Source: an uncultured Clostridia bacterium
GTDB lineage: Bacteria; Bacillota; Clostridia; TANB77; CAG-508
DNA length: 50,632 bases
NCBI GenBank assembly: GCA_947596225.1
Contig: CANQEX010000002.1
Location: 1 to 50,632 of the forward strand
Direction of reading: 5' to 3'
The position numbers and the translations under genes were made by a program. The notes under the pieces are model-generated. The model was not told the DNA's origin and ran no database searches. It worked only from the letters and a program-made list of their open reading frames with translations. Numbering within the stretch: position 1 is the stretch's first letter; the number at the start of each line of letters is the position of its first letter. Shown here piece after piece: positions 8,525-17,759 of the stretch.

Positions 8525-9880
8525 TTACGCCTCAATTTTATTAATTATATTATTTTCAATATTTTTAAATAGCTTAAATGCAATTATCATCGTAATAAAT
8601 TCTGATATTAAAAATGAATACCACACAATTTGCATTCCTACTAAATTTTTAAATATAAAAATTATTGGTAAAACTAAAATTATTTTCCTTGATAAATTTA
8701 TTATTAATGCATATGTACCATTTCCAAATGCTTGTGAAACAGCTGATAATACTAAACTTATTGCTGCAAAAATAAAGCTACATGATAAAATTCTAAATGC
8801 TGGTACTCCTATTTGTAATATTTCATCTGTTACATCATATAAACTAATTATTTGTTTAGGAAATACAAAAAATAAAACCATACTAATAGCTGAAATAATA
8901 ATAGCAAGTTTTAGAAAATAATTTATTGTTTCTTTTATTCTATTTTTTAAATTTGCTCCCCAATTATACGCAACTATTGGTATCATTCCATAATTAAGCC
9001 CATATATTATTATAAGTGCAAATTTTTGTAATTGACAATAAATACCCCATAATGATACTGCTGATTCTGAAAAAGATATTAAAACTTTATTTAATATCAA
9101 AACAATAATTGATGATAATAATTCTAAAATAGTTGTTGGAAATCCTACTTTATAAATATTACTACTTATATTTTTCTCTATTTTTAAGTTTATATTTTTA
9201 AAATCAAATATTTTATATTTTATTAAGATAAAAATTCCAATTAACATTCCTACAAATTGCCCTATTATAGTAGAAATTGCTGCACCTTTTATTCCTAAAG
9301 GCTTATTGTTTAGTAATCCAAATATTAGAATTGGATCTAAAATTAAGTTTATAATAGCTCCACTTATTTGAACTATCATACTCTCTTTAGATTTCCCATG
9401 TGCTTCTAATATCTTTTCAAATAATACTTGATATATACTACCTATTGAAAATATAGAAATTATTGATAAATACTCATATCCGAGTTTACTTATTTCTTTA
9501 TTATCAGTAAATATTTTAAAAAAGCTTTTTAAACCACAAATGCTACTTATAAAAATAAAACACCAACTTAAAAAAGCAAAAATCAAACCATGTAAAATAA
9601 TTTTATTTACTTTTATATTGTTTTTTTCTCCTAATGTTTTTGCAAGTATTGAATTTACACCTATTCCCATTCCTAAAGCTATTGCTATAATTATACTTTG
9701 AATTGGACTAGCAAGTGAAACTGCTGTTAGTGCATCTTCACTAATATTGGATATAAATATGGTATCTACTATACCATATAATGCAATGGAAATCATTGAT
9801 ATAACCATTGGCATAGAAGTCTTTAACGCTAATTTTTTTATATCCATTGTTCCCATCTGATTATTTATTACTTTTTCCAT
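8525..9880 (-). CDS. MATE family efflux transporter, 451 aa
   Basis: About 12 predicted TM helices. N-terminal LKTSMPMVISMISIALYGIVDTIFIS is the typical MATE opening. Its stop lies 2 nt upstream of the start of the next gene. Confidence 0.8.
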   Translation of the reverse strand: MEKVINNQMGTMDIKKLALKTSMPMVISMISIALYGIVDTIFISNISEDALTAVSLASPIQSIIIAIALGMGIGVNSILAKTLGEKNNIKVNKIILHGLIFAFLSWCFIFISSICGLKSFFKIFTDNKEISKLGYEYLSIISIFSIGSIYQVLFEKILEAHGKSKESMIVQISGAIINLILDPILIFGLLNNKPLGIKGAAISTIIGQFVGMLIGIFILIKYKIFDFKNINLKIEKNISSNIYKVGFPTTILELLSSIIVLILNKVLISFSESAVSLWGIYCQLQKFALIIIYGLNYGMIPIVAYNWGANLKNRIKETINYFLKLAIIISAISMVLFFVFPKQIISLYDVTDEILQIGVPAFRILSCSFIFAAISLVLSAVSQAFGNGTYALIINLSRKIILVLPIIFIFKNLVGMQIVWYSFLISEFITMIIAFKLFKNIENNIINKIEA

Positions 9881-9884
9881 TTAA

Positions 9885-11618
9885 TTATTTTTCTCCATTT
9901 TTAACTTCCACAACATGTACATTATCAAGACTTTCAATTAAATACTTATCTATAAATTTTGGAGAATAATATGTTTCAAGCTCATATGTAGGCACAACAA
10001 TAACTTTTCCAGAAGAATCTATAACTCCCCATTTTCCTTCTTGATATATTCCAGCAAAACCATATTCATTTAATTCTGTAACCATATCATATTTACAATC
10101 TACTACTATTTTTCCAGATACATCTTTAAATCCCCATTTTCCATCATCTGATTTATATGAGTATAATTTTAAATCTTTATAAACTTCTGTGTTTTCTACA
10201 ATTTTTCCTGTATTATCTATATATTTTAAATCTGTATTAGAATAAATAGCAGTATATTTGTCAGATACACTTTCAACAACTCCATTTTTCATTGATAAAA
10301 CTTTTTCAATGTTTTCTGAATAAATATCAACTTCATCTGATTTTCTAGCTTCTAATGCTTTTGCATTTTCTAATACTATTATATATTCATATGTTGGTTG
10401 TATTTCAATTCCTGTATAAACATTAAGTAAACCTGTTAATCCTTCTTCATTTGTAAATATAAAGAAATTATCAAAAGCATATGAAATATTTGTATATTTA
10501 TTATCTATTTGTACATCTTTACTAATTATACTAAAATATCCATTTTCATCTTGTGCAATAAAATAAGATGGATTTCCAGTTTCTTGTATACTCTTATATG
10601 TATTTGTATTTACTAAATTTCCATGAAGATCATATAATCTCATATTATTATCTTTACTTACAGAAATATAATTTCCAGCAACTGTATAACTCTCATACTC
10701 TACATCTAATATTTGTGAGCCATTTATATCAAAAAAGCCATATTTTCCATTTCTATTTACAATAAATATTTTTGAAACATTATAATAATTTATAGATTGA
10801 TATTTAGGTTTTACTATAACTTTCTTATTTTTTATAACTCCTTTTTTCCCATTTTCCATAACAATTAAATAAATATCTTCATTATCATATTCTAAAGCCC
10901 TAGTTATAGATTCATATTTTGGTTCTATTAGCATTTTTCCTTTATAATTTACATAACCATATATTATACCTGTATCAGTTTTTTCTGAAATTATATAACC
11001 TGTTTTCATATAATTATCAACTTCTGAACAATACTCATCACCTTTTATAGAATTATATTTTTCCTCTATAATAACTTTTCCTTTTGAATCTAATACACCA
11101 TATAAATTATCTTTTTTTACTAAAATAAATCCTGGTTTATTTGGTAAACTTGTAACCTCATCATAAATAGGTTCTGTTAATTTTTTTCCTGAGTAATCAA
11201 CTAATCCATATTTTCCATTTTCACTATAAGATAATACTTCTTTTTCCATTTCTAAAGTAGTATCTGAAATAGTTATTGGTGATACATTTTCAAAGTTTTT
11301 AAAAATATCTTTTCCTTCTTTATTTAATACAGTATATTCTTCATTTTTGAAACAAAAAAATACATCTTTAGATTGATTTGGAATGTATATTTCTGTATAT
11401 TCAGATTTTACTAATATTTTTCCTGTTTTATCAATTACACCAACAGTTCCATCTGCAGAAAATAAATTAAAATACTCATATGGTTCTTGTTTATTTAATT
11501 GAACATCATCTTCTTTTTTAGTATTTTTTAATACTATAATTCCTATAATTATAATTAAAATTACTATTACTAAACAAAATATTATTTTTACATTTCCTTT
11601 TGCATTTTTTAGTTTCAA
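9885..11618 (-). CDS. WG (KWG) repeat-containing protein with N-terminal membrane anchor, 577 aa, TTG start
   Basis: Many copies of the G(K/L)(Y/W)G(F/L/V)(I/V)D..GK.(I/L)(I/V)...Y motif (GKYGLVDYSGKKLTEPIYDEV, GKWGFKDVSGKIVVDCKYDMV, GKWGVIDSSGKVIVVPTYE). One N-terminal TM helix. Confidence 0.8.
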   Translation of the reverse strand: MKLKNAKGNVKIIFCLVIVILIIIIGIIVLKNTKKEDDVQLNKQEPYEYFNLFSADGTVGVIDKTGKILVKSEYTEIYIPNQSKDVFFCFKNEEYTVLNKEGKDIFKNFENVSPITISDTTLEMEKEVLSYSENGKYGLVDYSGKKLTEPIYDEVTSLPNKPGFILVKKDNLYGVLDSKGKVIIEEKYNSIKGDEYCSEVDNYMKTGYIISEKTDTGIIYGYVNYKGKMLIEPKYESITRALEYDNEDIYLIVMENGKKGVIKNKKVIVKPKYQSINYYNVSKIFIVNRNGKYGFFDINGSQILDVEYESYTVAGNYISVSKDNNMRLYDLHGNLVNTNTYKSIQETGNPSYFIAQDENGYFSIISKDVQIDNKYTNISYAFDNFFIFTNEEGLTGLLNVYTGIEIQPTYEYIIVLENAKALEARKSDEVDIYSENIEKVLSMKNGVVESVSDKYTAIYSNTDLKYIDNTGKIVENTEVYKDLKLYSYKSDDGKWGFKDVSGKIVVDCKYDMVTELNEYGFAGIYQEGKWGVIDSSGKVIVVPTYELETYYSPKFIDKYLIESLDNVHVVEVKNGEK

Positions 11619-11688
11619 ATTATCACCACTTTCTAATTATTAAAAATCATGTATATATTTTATTATAATTAACCTTATTATTCAACAT

Positions 11689-13650
11689 TTAACTCCAAAA
11701 TTCGAACATATTTTTTAAAAATACTGTAATATCACTTCTTAAATTTGATAAGAAATTCAATTCTGTAGTAAAGCTTATTGGTATCATTATAAAAATTGTT
11801 GCTAGACATATAACCAAAAATAATTTATTAAACATTTCATTATTATTATCAACTAATTTTAATAACAATATTACTGCACAAATTGATAAAATTAATTTAA
11901 AATCTATGGCATATACTTCAGCAATACCACCAAAAAATGAATTAAGTATTATTGAAATCACACTTGCAATAACACATATTTTTATAAAAACTTTTAATTC
12001 ACTATCTTTTTCATTTTTTAGTATATTGTTTGAAAAAATATAAATCCACATTATTGGTATTGCTATTAAACCAATTAATCTATTTTCATAACACACTTCA
12101 TTTACTGATACTAAACTCGTATTTGTGTTTATAAATACAAATGGAAATTCTAAAGGATTTATCATAGGAATTCTAAAAATATATTCCATTATTCCAGCAT
12201 ATATTTTTCCAAAACTCATTTTCATACAATATATCATGTTAAAACTTGTTAACTGATATTTTGCACCAAATTCTAAAATACTATCAAATCTTAAATAATT
12301 AAATATCATTTGAAAAATAGCAAATATTCCTAAAGGAACTGCAATCCATATACTATCTTTAATTTTTTCTTTTACACTAATATTCTTCATACTTTTTAAA
12401 ACTAAAATAAGTATAATTAAATAATATACAATTAAATTAGGTTTTGATAAAACTATTAGTGCTGTTGATATTCCTAATAGTATCAATTTTACGTATTTAT
12501 ATTTTGGATTATTATAAATAGATAAACTTAAATTTATTGATATAATTAAAAACATTATTCCTGATGATACCACAATATCATATTTTGCACCTCTTAATAG
12601 TGTTAAAATATTGGCACCAAATAATATAGCATAATATCCTAAATAAAAATTTAACAAAGATATATTTTTTACAAACTTGGTTATTAATTTTTTATATAAA
12701 AAATATAAAGAAATTGCAATTCCAAAAATATAAATAAAATTAAATATATATGTATGAAAATACATTCCTGTTATTAATCTAAAAGGTAATAAACTTGTAA
12801 TTATTGGCGCTATTCCAAAATAATTATAATAATGTCCATTATAATAAGCTACATCATATAAATAATTTATATTTTCATCACTTCTTTTAACATTATCATA
12901 AGGATTTTCCATATTTTTTAATTTTTCATCTGGTTCTTCAAGAAGTGGTATACTTCCATTTACAAATGCTTCTGTTTGCATAAGTATAGAATCTTCTTTG
13001 TTAATTTCTTCTGGTTTCACAAGTAGTGTTGGAAAATCAAATTGACATATTGTATATATAGCTACAAAACATAAAAATACTATTAAATTTAAAATAAAAG
13101 TATAATTTTGTACTTTACTATTTTCATCATATTTTACTTTGTACAAATTTTTCTCTTTAATACATAAAATAAAAATTATTATTAAGAATATTATAAATAT
13201 TCTTAATATATTAATTTCAAAATTAATATGATTTAAAATGATATTTTCTATATCTATTTTATTTTCAGTTTCTAAATTAATTTGAATTGTTTTACAATTT
13301 GAATGTGTATCAAAATTGATATATTGACTACTATTTTGTAAAATTACTTTTGGTTTCAGACTTATTAAATCACTATTTTCTTCTGCAGTATATTTTAAAT
13401 TATATGTTATTTTATCTTCTAATTTATTTTTATAATTTATTTTTACACTAGTAACCCTTGTATTTATATCTGAAATTGTTATAGTATTATCTTCAAACTT
13501 AAATTCTTTATATATATCTCTATTACCTATAAATATAGTTCTTAATGCTGGATAATTACAAATAAATATCTCAATCAAAATAGCAATTACTATAGCAGTT
13601 ATTATTCTTCTTATTTTGTTACTATTAAAATTAATTTTTTTTATTTTCAT
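11689..13650 (-). CDS. large polytopic membrane protein, 653 aa, possibly a GT-C type (ArnT/PMT-like) glycosyltransferase
   Basis: More than 12 hydrophobic segments. The loop motif YDVAYYNGHYYNYFGIAP resembles lipid-linked-sugar GT-C transferases. An N-terminal soluble domain of about 130 aa follows the first TM. The function call is tentative. Confidence 0.4.
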   Translation of the reverse strand: MKIKKINFNSNKIRRIITAIVIAILIEIFICNYPALRTIFIGNRDIYKEFKFEDNTITISDINTRVTSVKINYKNKLEDKITYNLKYTAEENSDLISLKPKVILQNSSQYINFDTHSNCKTIQINLETENKIDIENIILNHINFEINILRIFIIFLIIIFILCIKEKNLYKVKYDENSKVQNYTFILNLIVFLCFVAIYTICQFDFPTLLVKPEEINKEDSILMQTEAFVNGSIPLLEEPDEKLKNMENPYDNVKRSDENINYLYDVAYYNGHYYNYFGIAPIITSLLPFRLITGMYFHTYIFNFIYIFGIAISLYFLYKKLITKFVKNISLLNFYLGYYAILFGANILTLLRGAKYDIVVSSGIMFLIISINLSLSIYNNPKYKYVKLILLGISTALIVLSKPNLIVYYLIILILVLKSMKNISVKEKIKDSIWIAVPLGIFAIFQMIFNYLRFDSILEFGAKYQLTSFNMIYCMKMSFGKIYAGIMEYIFRIPMINPLEFPFVFINTNTSLVSVNEVCYENRLIGLIAIPIMWIYIFSNNILKNEKDSELKVFIKICVIASVISIILNSFFGGIAEVYAIDFKLILSICAVILLLKLVDNNNEMFNKLFLVICLATIFIMIPISFTTELNFLSNLRSDITVFLKNMFEFWS

Positions 13651-13738
13651 TTTTTACTTTCCTAATAAATATTTTATTAATAATAACATATAGACCCATT
13701 TTTTACAACTATTCCAAATAGTATTTTTAATATATAAA

Positions 13739-13760
13739 ACGCAGTACAAATGTACTGCGT
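13739..13760 (-). terminator. intrinsic terminator of ppaC
   Basis: GC-containing 9-bp stem ACGCAGTAC / GTACTGCGT with a 4-nt loop. Followed on the minus strand by TTTTAT. Starts 11 nt after the ppaC stop. Confidence 0.65.
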
Positions 13761-13771
13761 TCTAAGTTTAT

Positions 13772-14692
13772 CTATGCATTTTCAGTTATTATTGGAATTA
13801 CTTGTTTTTTACGTGAAACAACACCTGGTAATAATGCTGTATTATTTTCTAATTTAACTTTATATGCTTTTTCAACAATATCTGCTCTTCTTCCTAAAGT
13901 AATTGTTTGAGAATTACTGTTTATTATATCAGTAATTAAAAACATAAATAAATCTAAATTTTTCTCTTTTATTATTTTATTTATTCCTTTTTCTAAATCT
14001 TCTTTCATCTTCATAACTTCTGGTATTGAAGCTGTATTTACTTGTGCTATTATAGAATTTGTTTCTTTAAATTTATATGATTTTGCATCTAAATTTAATA
14101 TCTGCTCTATTGTAAATGAACTTAGATCTGTTCCTGCTTTCAACATTTCTAATCCATATTTTTCATATTCTATTTCTGCAATTTTAGATAATTCTTTAAC
14201 TGCTTTTACATCATCTGGTGTACAAGTAGGTGATTTTAGTAAAAGAGTATCTGATATAATTGCTGACAACATTAAAGTTGCTATTTTTTTATTTATTTCT
14301 AAATTATTTTCTTTATATAATTTATACATAATTGTTTCTGTACAACCAACAGGCTCTGCTCTATAAAATAGTGGGTAAGCTGTATTTAATAATACTTGAT
14401 GATGATCTACTATTTTTTTAATTTTTACATTTGATAAATTTGGAATTAATTCTCCTGGATTTGCAGTATCAACTATAATTACTTCAGCCCCATCTTCTAA
14501 GTCTTCTATTAATTCAGGTTCTTGAACACCTACATAATTTAATACATATTCTGTTTCTTTATTTACCATTCCAAGTCTACAAGATATAACATCTTCATTT
14601 CCCATTTTTCTTTCAAAATCTGCCATTACAATACTTGAAATTATTGAATCTGTGTCTGGATTCTTATGACCAAATATATAAGTTTTTCCCAT
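13772..14692 (-). CDS. ppaC: manganese-dependent inorganic pyrophosphatase (family II, DHH), 306 aa
   Basis: YIFGHKNPDTDSIISSIV, VDTANPGE and VDHHQ motifs give the DHH/DHHA2 layout of family II PPase. Confidence 0.9.
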   Translation of the reverse strand: MGKTYIFGHKNPDTDSIISSIVMADFERKMGNEDVISCRLGMVNKETEYVLNYVGVQEPELIEDLEDGAEVIIVDTANPGELIPNLSNVKIKKIVDHHQVLLNTAYPLFYRAEPVGCTETIMYKLYKENNLEINKKIATLMLSAIISDTLLLKSPTCTPDDVKAVKELSKIAEIEYEKYGLEMLKAGTDLSSFTIEQILNLDAKSYKFKETNSIIAQVNTASIPEVMKMKEDLEKGINKIIKEKNLDLFMFLITDIINSNSQTITLGRRADIVEKAYKVKLENNTALLPGVVSRKKQVIPIITENA

Positions 14693-14756
14693 TTTCTATT
14701 CCCCATTTCTTTATTATTTTTTTATATATTATACTATTTCTAGTTAAAAATCAATA

Positions 14757-16025
14757 TTATCTTTCTTTATTATCTTGTTTGTTAGATGGGATTTTTTTAT
14801 ATGATACATTATCCAAACATGAAGTATCTTTAATAACAAAAATATTATTATTATTATTATTTTCATTACTATCTTTTATTGAACTTTCATCTTTTAATAA
14901 TTTTTTTCTACGAAAAATTGAATTAATAAATTTAAAAAATTTTCCTGTTTCTTTTAAAGAATCTCTAAAAATTACTGATGAATTTAAAACTTGCTCTTTT
15001 TCTTCTTCACTAACTTCATCTATAAACTCTTTACGTTCATAAATATTTTGCCATTCTTTTTCATCATATTGTAAATCTATTTTTCCAAATTTATCTTCTA
15101 ATATTTTTTTATAATTACTAAAATAATCAAAAAAACCTGGATCTAAAAATTGTATATTTTTATCATTCTGTTGTATTCTTACTCTATTTAATCCAAATTT
15201 CTTTAATTCATTTAAAAATCTAATTGCTTCTTCTAATGATTTAACCTCATTTAATCTTTGGTTAAATTCAGCCTCTAGTATTGCATTTTCAATAACAAAA
15301 ATTTTTTCTTTAAGCTTTTCTTCAAATTCTTCTTTTTCACTTGAAGAAAATTTTTCTTTTTTACTCCAATATATTTTTTCTTCTCTACTTAAATCCTGCA
15401 AATTCTCTTTTAAAAAAACATATGTAGAAATACCATATTTTTCTATTAACGCTGGTTTGAAAAAATCTTGTCCTTGTAAAATACTTTTTTCTAAATATTC
15501 ATTTCCAAGAGCTTCATTTATTTGATTTACTAAACAAACTTCTAAAAAATAATCATTTATTTTTTGAGGAAATTTTGCCCACACTTTATTAAAAATATAT
15601 TCTTTTCCAAATGAATCACTTAAAGCCTTAGCTTTTACCAATTCAGTTCCAGCTTCAATAAATACAGGACTCATTTGAAAAAAAGTATTATTTTTTCTTT
15701 CAAAACTTAATTTATGAACCAATTCATGTAAAAGCATTTCCGTCATTCTATTCAAAAAATGAGATATCGCTACATTTCCTGTTTTAGTTTCATAAAAAGC
15801 TTTCATATTTTTTCTAATAACCATTGTAAATATATGACCTCTTTTAGAAAGAATTTCATATATTTCATCTTGAGATATAAATTTATTAAATCGTTTAGAA
15901 AGAATTTTTGCAGCTTCTTTATAATACTTTTGTTCTTCTGTTACAGAATAAATTTTAGAAATATAGCCATTCCCATTTTTTCTATATCTATATGTAATTT
16001 TTTGTATAGTTTCTTCTGTTATCAT
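14757..16025 (-). CDS. hypothetical protein with a single HExxH motif, 422 aa (gene 6 of the orphan operon)
   Basis: ORF with ATG 3 nt after the upstream stop. MLLHELVHKL (H100-E101-x-x-H104, nt 15714-15728) is the only recognisable motif. Charged coiled-coil C-terminal half and an N-run (NENNNNN). Confidence 0.6.
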   Translation of the reverse strand: MITEETIQKITYRYRKNGNGYISKIYSVTEEQKYYKEAAKILSKRFNKFISQDEIYEILSKRGHIFTMVIRKNMKAFYETKTGNVAISHFLNRMTEMLLHELVHKLSFERKNNTFFQMSPVFIEAGTELVKAKALSDSFGKEYIFNKVWAKFPQKINDYFLEVCLVNQINEALGNEYLEKSILQGQDFFKPALIEKYGISTYVFLKENLQDLSREEKIYWSKKEKFSSSEKEEFEEKLKEKIFVIENAILEAEFNQRLNEVKSLEEAIRFLNELKKFGLNRVRIQQNDKNIQFLDPGFFDYFSNYKKILEDKFGKIDLQYDEKEWQNIYERKEFIDEVSEEEKEQVLNSSVIFRDSLKETGKFFKFINSIFRRKKLLKDESSIKDSNENNNNNNIFVIKDTSCLDNVSYKKIPSNKQDNKER

Positions 16026-16028
16026 TAT

Positions 16029-16262
16029 TTATAAAATATCCCTTATTTTTATCTTTTTAAAATACTTTTGAATTTTTTTTAAAGTTCTTTTATCTTCAAT
16101 TATAACAAATTCACCATTTTCTTGTTTGCAAAATATAAAATTATTTTCATTAGCAAATTTATAAATAATTCCAAATGAAAAATTGTATTTATTTATATAA
16201 TAATAAATTTCATTATTATATACTTTTTCAAATATTTTCAAATTATCTTTCCTCGCCCTCAT
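16029..16262 (-). CDS. hypothetical small protein, 77 aa, or 70 aa from TTG at 16241 (gene 5 of the orphan operon)
   Basis: The ORF's ATG at 16262 overlaps the upstream gene by 20 nt and has no SD. The in-frame TTG at 16241 has GAGGAAAG 5 nt upstream and begins 2 nt after the upstream stop. Aromatic-rich, probably a small beta domain. Confidence 0.5.
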   Translation of the reverse strand: MRARKDNLKIFEKVYNNEIYYYINKYNFSFGIIYKFANENNFIFCKQENGEFVIIEDKRTLKKIQKYFKKIKIRDIL

Positions 16263-17529
16263 TTAATTGTTCTGATCTTTGACTAATATTATCTCTGCTT
16301 GCAGCTATTGCAATTTCCTTTTCTTGAATTTTCTCTTTATTTTTCTCTAAAGATGGAGTAACTTTATCTAATACAGATTGAGCAAATTCTGATATCTTAG
16401 ATTTTATTCCTAATGCCATTTGATTTTTTCTTAATGCAAATTTATTTTTAGCAATATCTTTATAATCTTTTATTGTATCTGATTTTGTTTCAATATAATC
16501 TTTTGCATCATTCACTTTATCATTAACATTTTCTTTTATTTTTCCAGCTACTGCTTTAACTCCTTTAGCAGCAGCTTCCACTCCTACCATTCCTATTCCT
16601 GCAATAACCGCAGCACCTTTATATGTTGACTTTCCTATTTGTAAAGCTGTTTTTTTAGTAGTATTTTTTATACCTTGTTTTATATCATCACCAACAATCC
16701 ATGCAGTTTCTACTGTATCAACGACTTTATCTTTAACTGTTCTTTTAATATCATCACCAGCAATCCATGCAGTTTCTGCTGTGTCTACTATTTTTTCTTT
16801 AGCTTTTTTTCCAGTTTCTTTAACAGCAGTTTTAGTTTGCTGTATTCCTTCCTTAACATTTGTTTTCGCCTTGTTTATTCCATCTCTAACATTTATTTTT
16901 GCTTTATTTATTCCATCTTTGACATTTTCTTTTGCATTTTTTATTCCATCTTTTACATTTTCTTTTGTATTTTTTATTCCTTTTATAGTATTATCTTTTA
17001 CATTTTTTACAGTATCAACTACTTGTGTACCTTTTTCAATGGATTTTTCTACTATTTTTGCTGTTTTTGAATCTTTATCCATTGATTCTTCACCTTTTTG
17101 AATTGATTTTTCTTGTAATTCTTTTGCTAAACCTTTTTTTCCAACTAAAACCAAACCTTTTCCAACTAAAGTTGTAACTTTATTTCTTGCAACAGCTATT
17201 CTTGCTCTTATATTAAGTGAATTTTGTCTGATATTAGAAACAACATTTGATTTACTTTGATTTTTTTTAAGATTGTCTTTTGAAAGAAAATCTAAATATT
17301 CATTTGCAATTAATTGTTCTTGTCCTAAATCTTCAAATGATTCATCTATTTCAGCTATTTTATCTTCCATTCCTCTTATAGCCATTTCTTTTGCAATTTT
17401 AGGAATTTGTACTGATAATTTTGCAAATTCTTTTAAATCAGACTTTATTTGTTCTTTAGTTTCGTCTCTCAATTCTTTAAAAGCTTTTGATAATTCATCA
17501 AAATTTGTAATTTCTTGTTTATTATCCAT
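16243..17529 (-). CDS. hypothetical 11-residue-repeat protein, 428 aa (gene 4 of the orphan operon)
   Basis: The track ORF starts at 17571, but AAGGAG precedes the internal ATG at 17529 (MDNKQEITNFDE). Contains seven 11-mer repeats, a duplicated 21-mer and a Gly/Ala-rich hydrophobic segment. No family recognised. Confidence 0.7.
   Translation of the reverse strand: MDNKQEITNFDELSKAFKELRDETKEQIKSDLKEFAKLSVQIPKIAKEMAIRGMEDKIAEIDESFEDLGQEQLIANEYLDFLSKDNLKKNQSKSNVVSNIRQNSLNIRARIAVARNKVTTLVGKGLVLVGKKGLAKELQEKSIQKGEESMDKDSKTAKIVEKSIEKGTQVVDTVKNVKDNTIKGIKNTKENVKDGIKNAKENVKDGINKAKINVRDGINKAKTNVKEGIQQTKTAVKETGKKAKEKIVDTAETAWIAGDDIKRTVKDKVVDTVETAWIVGDDIKQGIKNTTKKTALQIGKSTYKGAAVIAGIGMVGVEAAAKGVKAVAGKIKENVNDKVNDAKDYIETKSDTIKDYKDIAKNKFALRKNQMALGIKSKISEFAQSVLDKVTPSLEKNKEKIQEKEIAIAASRDNISQRSEQLNEGEER
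16777..17007 (-). repeat. intragenic 33-bp tandem repeats (7 units) encoding 11-residue repeats
   Basis: Protein reads VKNVKDNTIKG / IKNTKENVKDG / IKNAKENVKDG / INKAKINVRDG / INKAKTNVKEG / IQQTKTAVKET / GKKAKEKIVDT. The 33-nt periodicity is visible in the DNA, e.g. TTATTCCATCTTTGACATTTTCTTTTGCATTTT. Confidence 0.85.
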
Positions 17530-17542
17530 AATAAATTTCTCC

Positions 17543-17704
17543 TTACTTTTGTGCTTCTTGCAATAAAACATTAATTGAATTTATCACTTTTTCTTTTTCA
17601 TCTTTCACTTTTTTTAATGATTGATTTAATTCATCAATAGAAGAATTATCTAAATTTATTATTTCTCCATTGATAAAAACTTCTCCTAATTTTTCTATTC
17701 TCAT
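17543..17704 (-). CDS. hypothetical small protein, 53 aa, below the ORF-track cutoff (gene 3 of the orphan operon)
   Basis: My translation is MRIEKLGEVFINGEIINLDNSSIDELNQSLKKVKDEKEKVINSINVLLQEAQK. It fills the gap between two operon genes. Its TAA lies inside the SD of the next gene. The nearest SD (GGAAAGGAG) suits an in-frame ATT at 17734 better, so the start is uncertain. Confidence 0.45.
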   Translation of the reverse strand: MRIEKLGEVFINGEIINLDNSSIDELNQSLKKVKDEKEKVINSINVLLQEAQK

Positions 17705-17759
17705 ACTAAAATTTATATTAGTTAATTTACTAATATATCTCCTTTCCTAAAATTAAGTT

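Noticed and set aside
8104-8544. 146-aa plus-strand ORF. It stands for the whole class of plus-strand track ORFs that lie antisense to minus-strand genes: 750-986, 2813-3037, 3907-4233, 4378-4581, 7513-7746, 10568-10765, 14635-15042, 15759-16034, 17273-17566, 18507-18710, 25398-25658, 30118-30327, 30519-30936, 38696-39586, 40283-40465, 41840-42118, 42310-42606, 43850-44095, 46339-46608 and 47803-48021.
   Set aside because: Each lies fully or largely inside a well-supported gene on the other strand. Each lacks an SD. Each translates to low-complexity F/L/I/S-rich sequence, as expected from reading AT-rich coding DNA backwards. Stop codons are simply rare in that frame.
16675-17101. Two overlapping plus-strand ORFs (131 and 106 aa) with striking internal repeats.
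   Set aside because: The repeats are the mirror image of the 33-bp and 63-bp repeats of the minus-strand 428-aa gene. There are no SDs and the composition is F/S/I-rich. The periodicity belongs to the sense gene.
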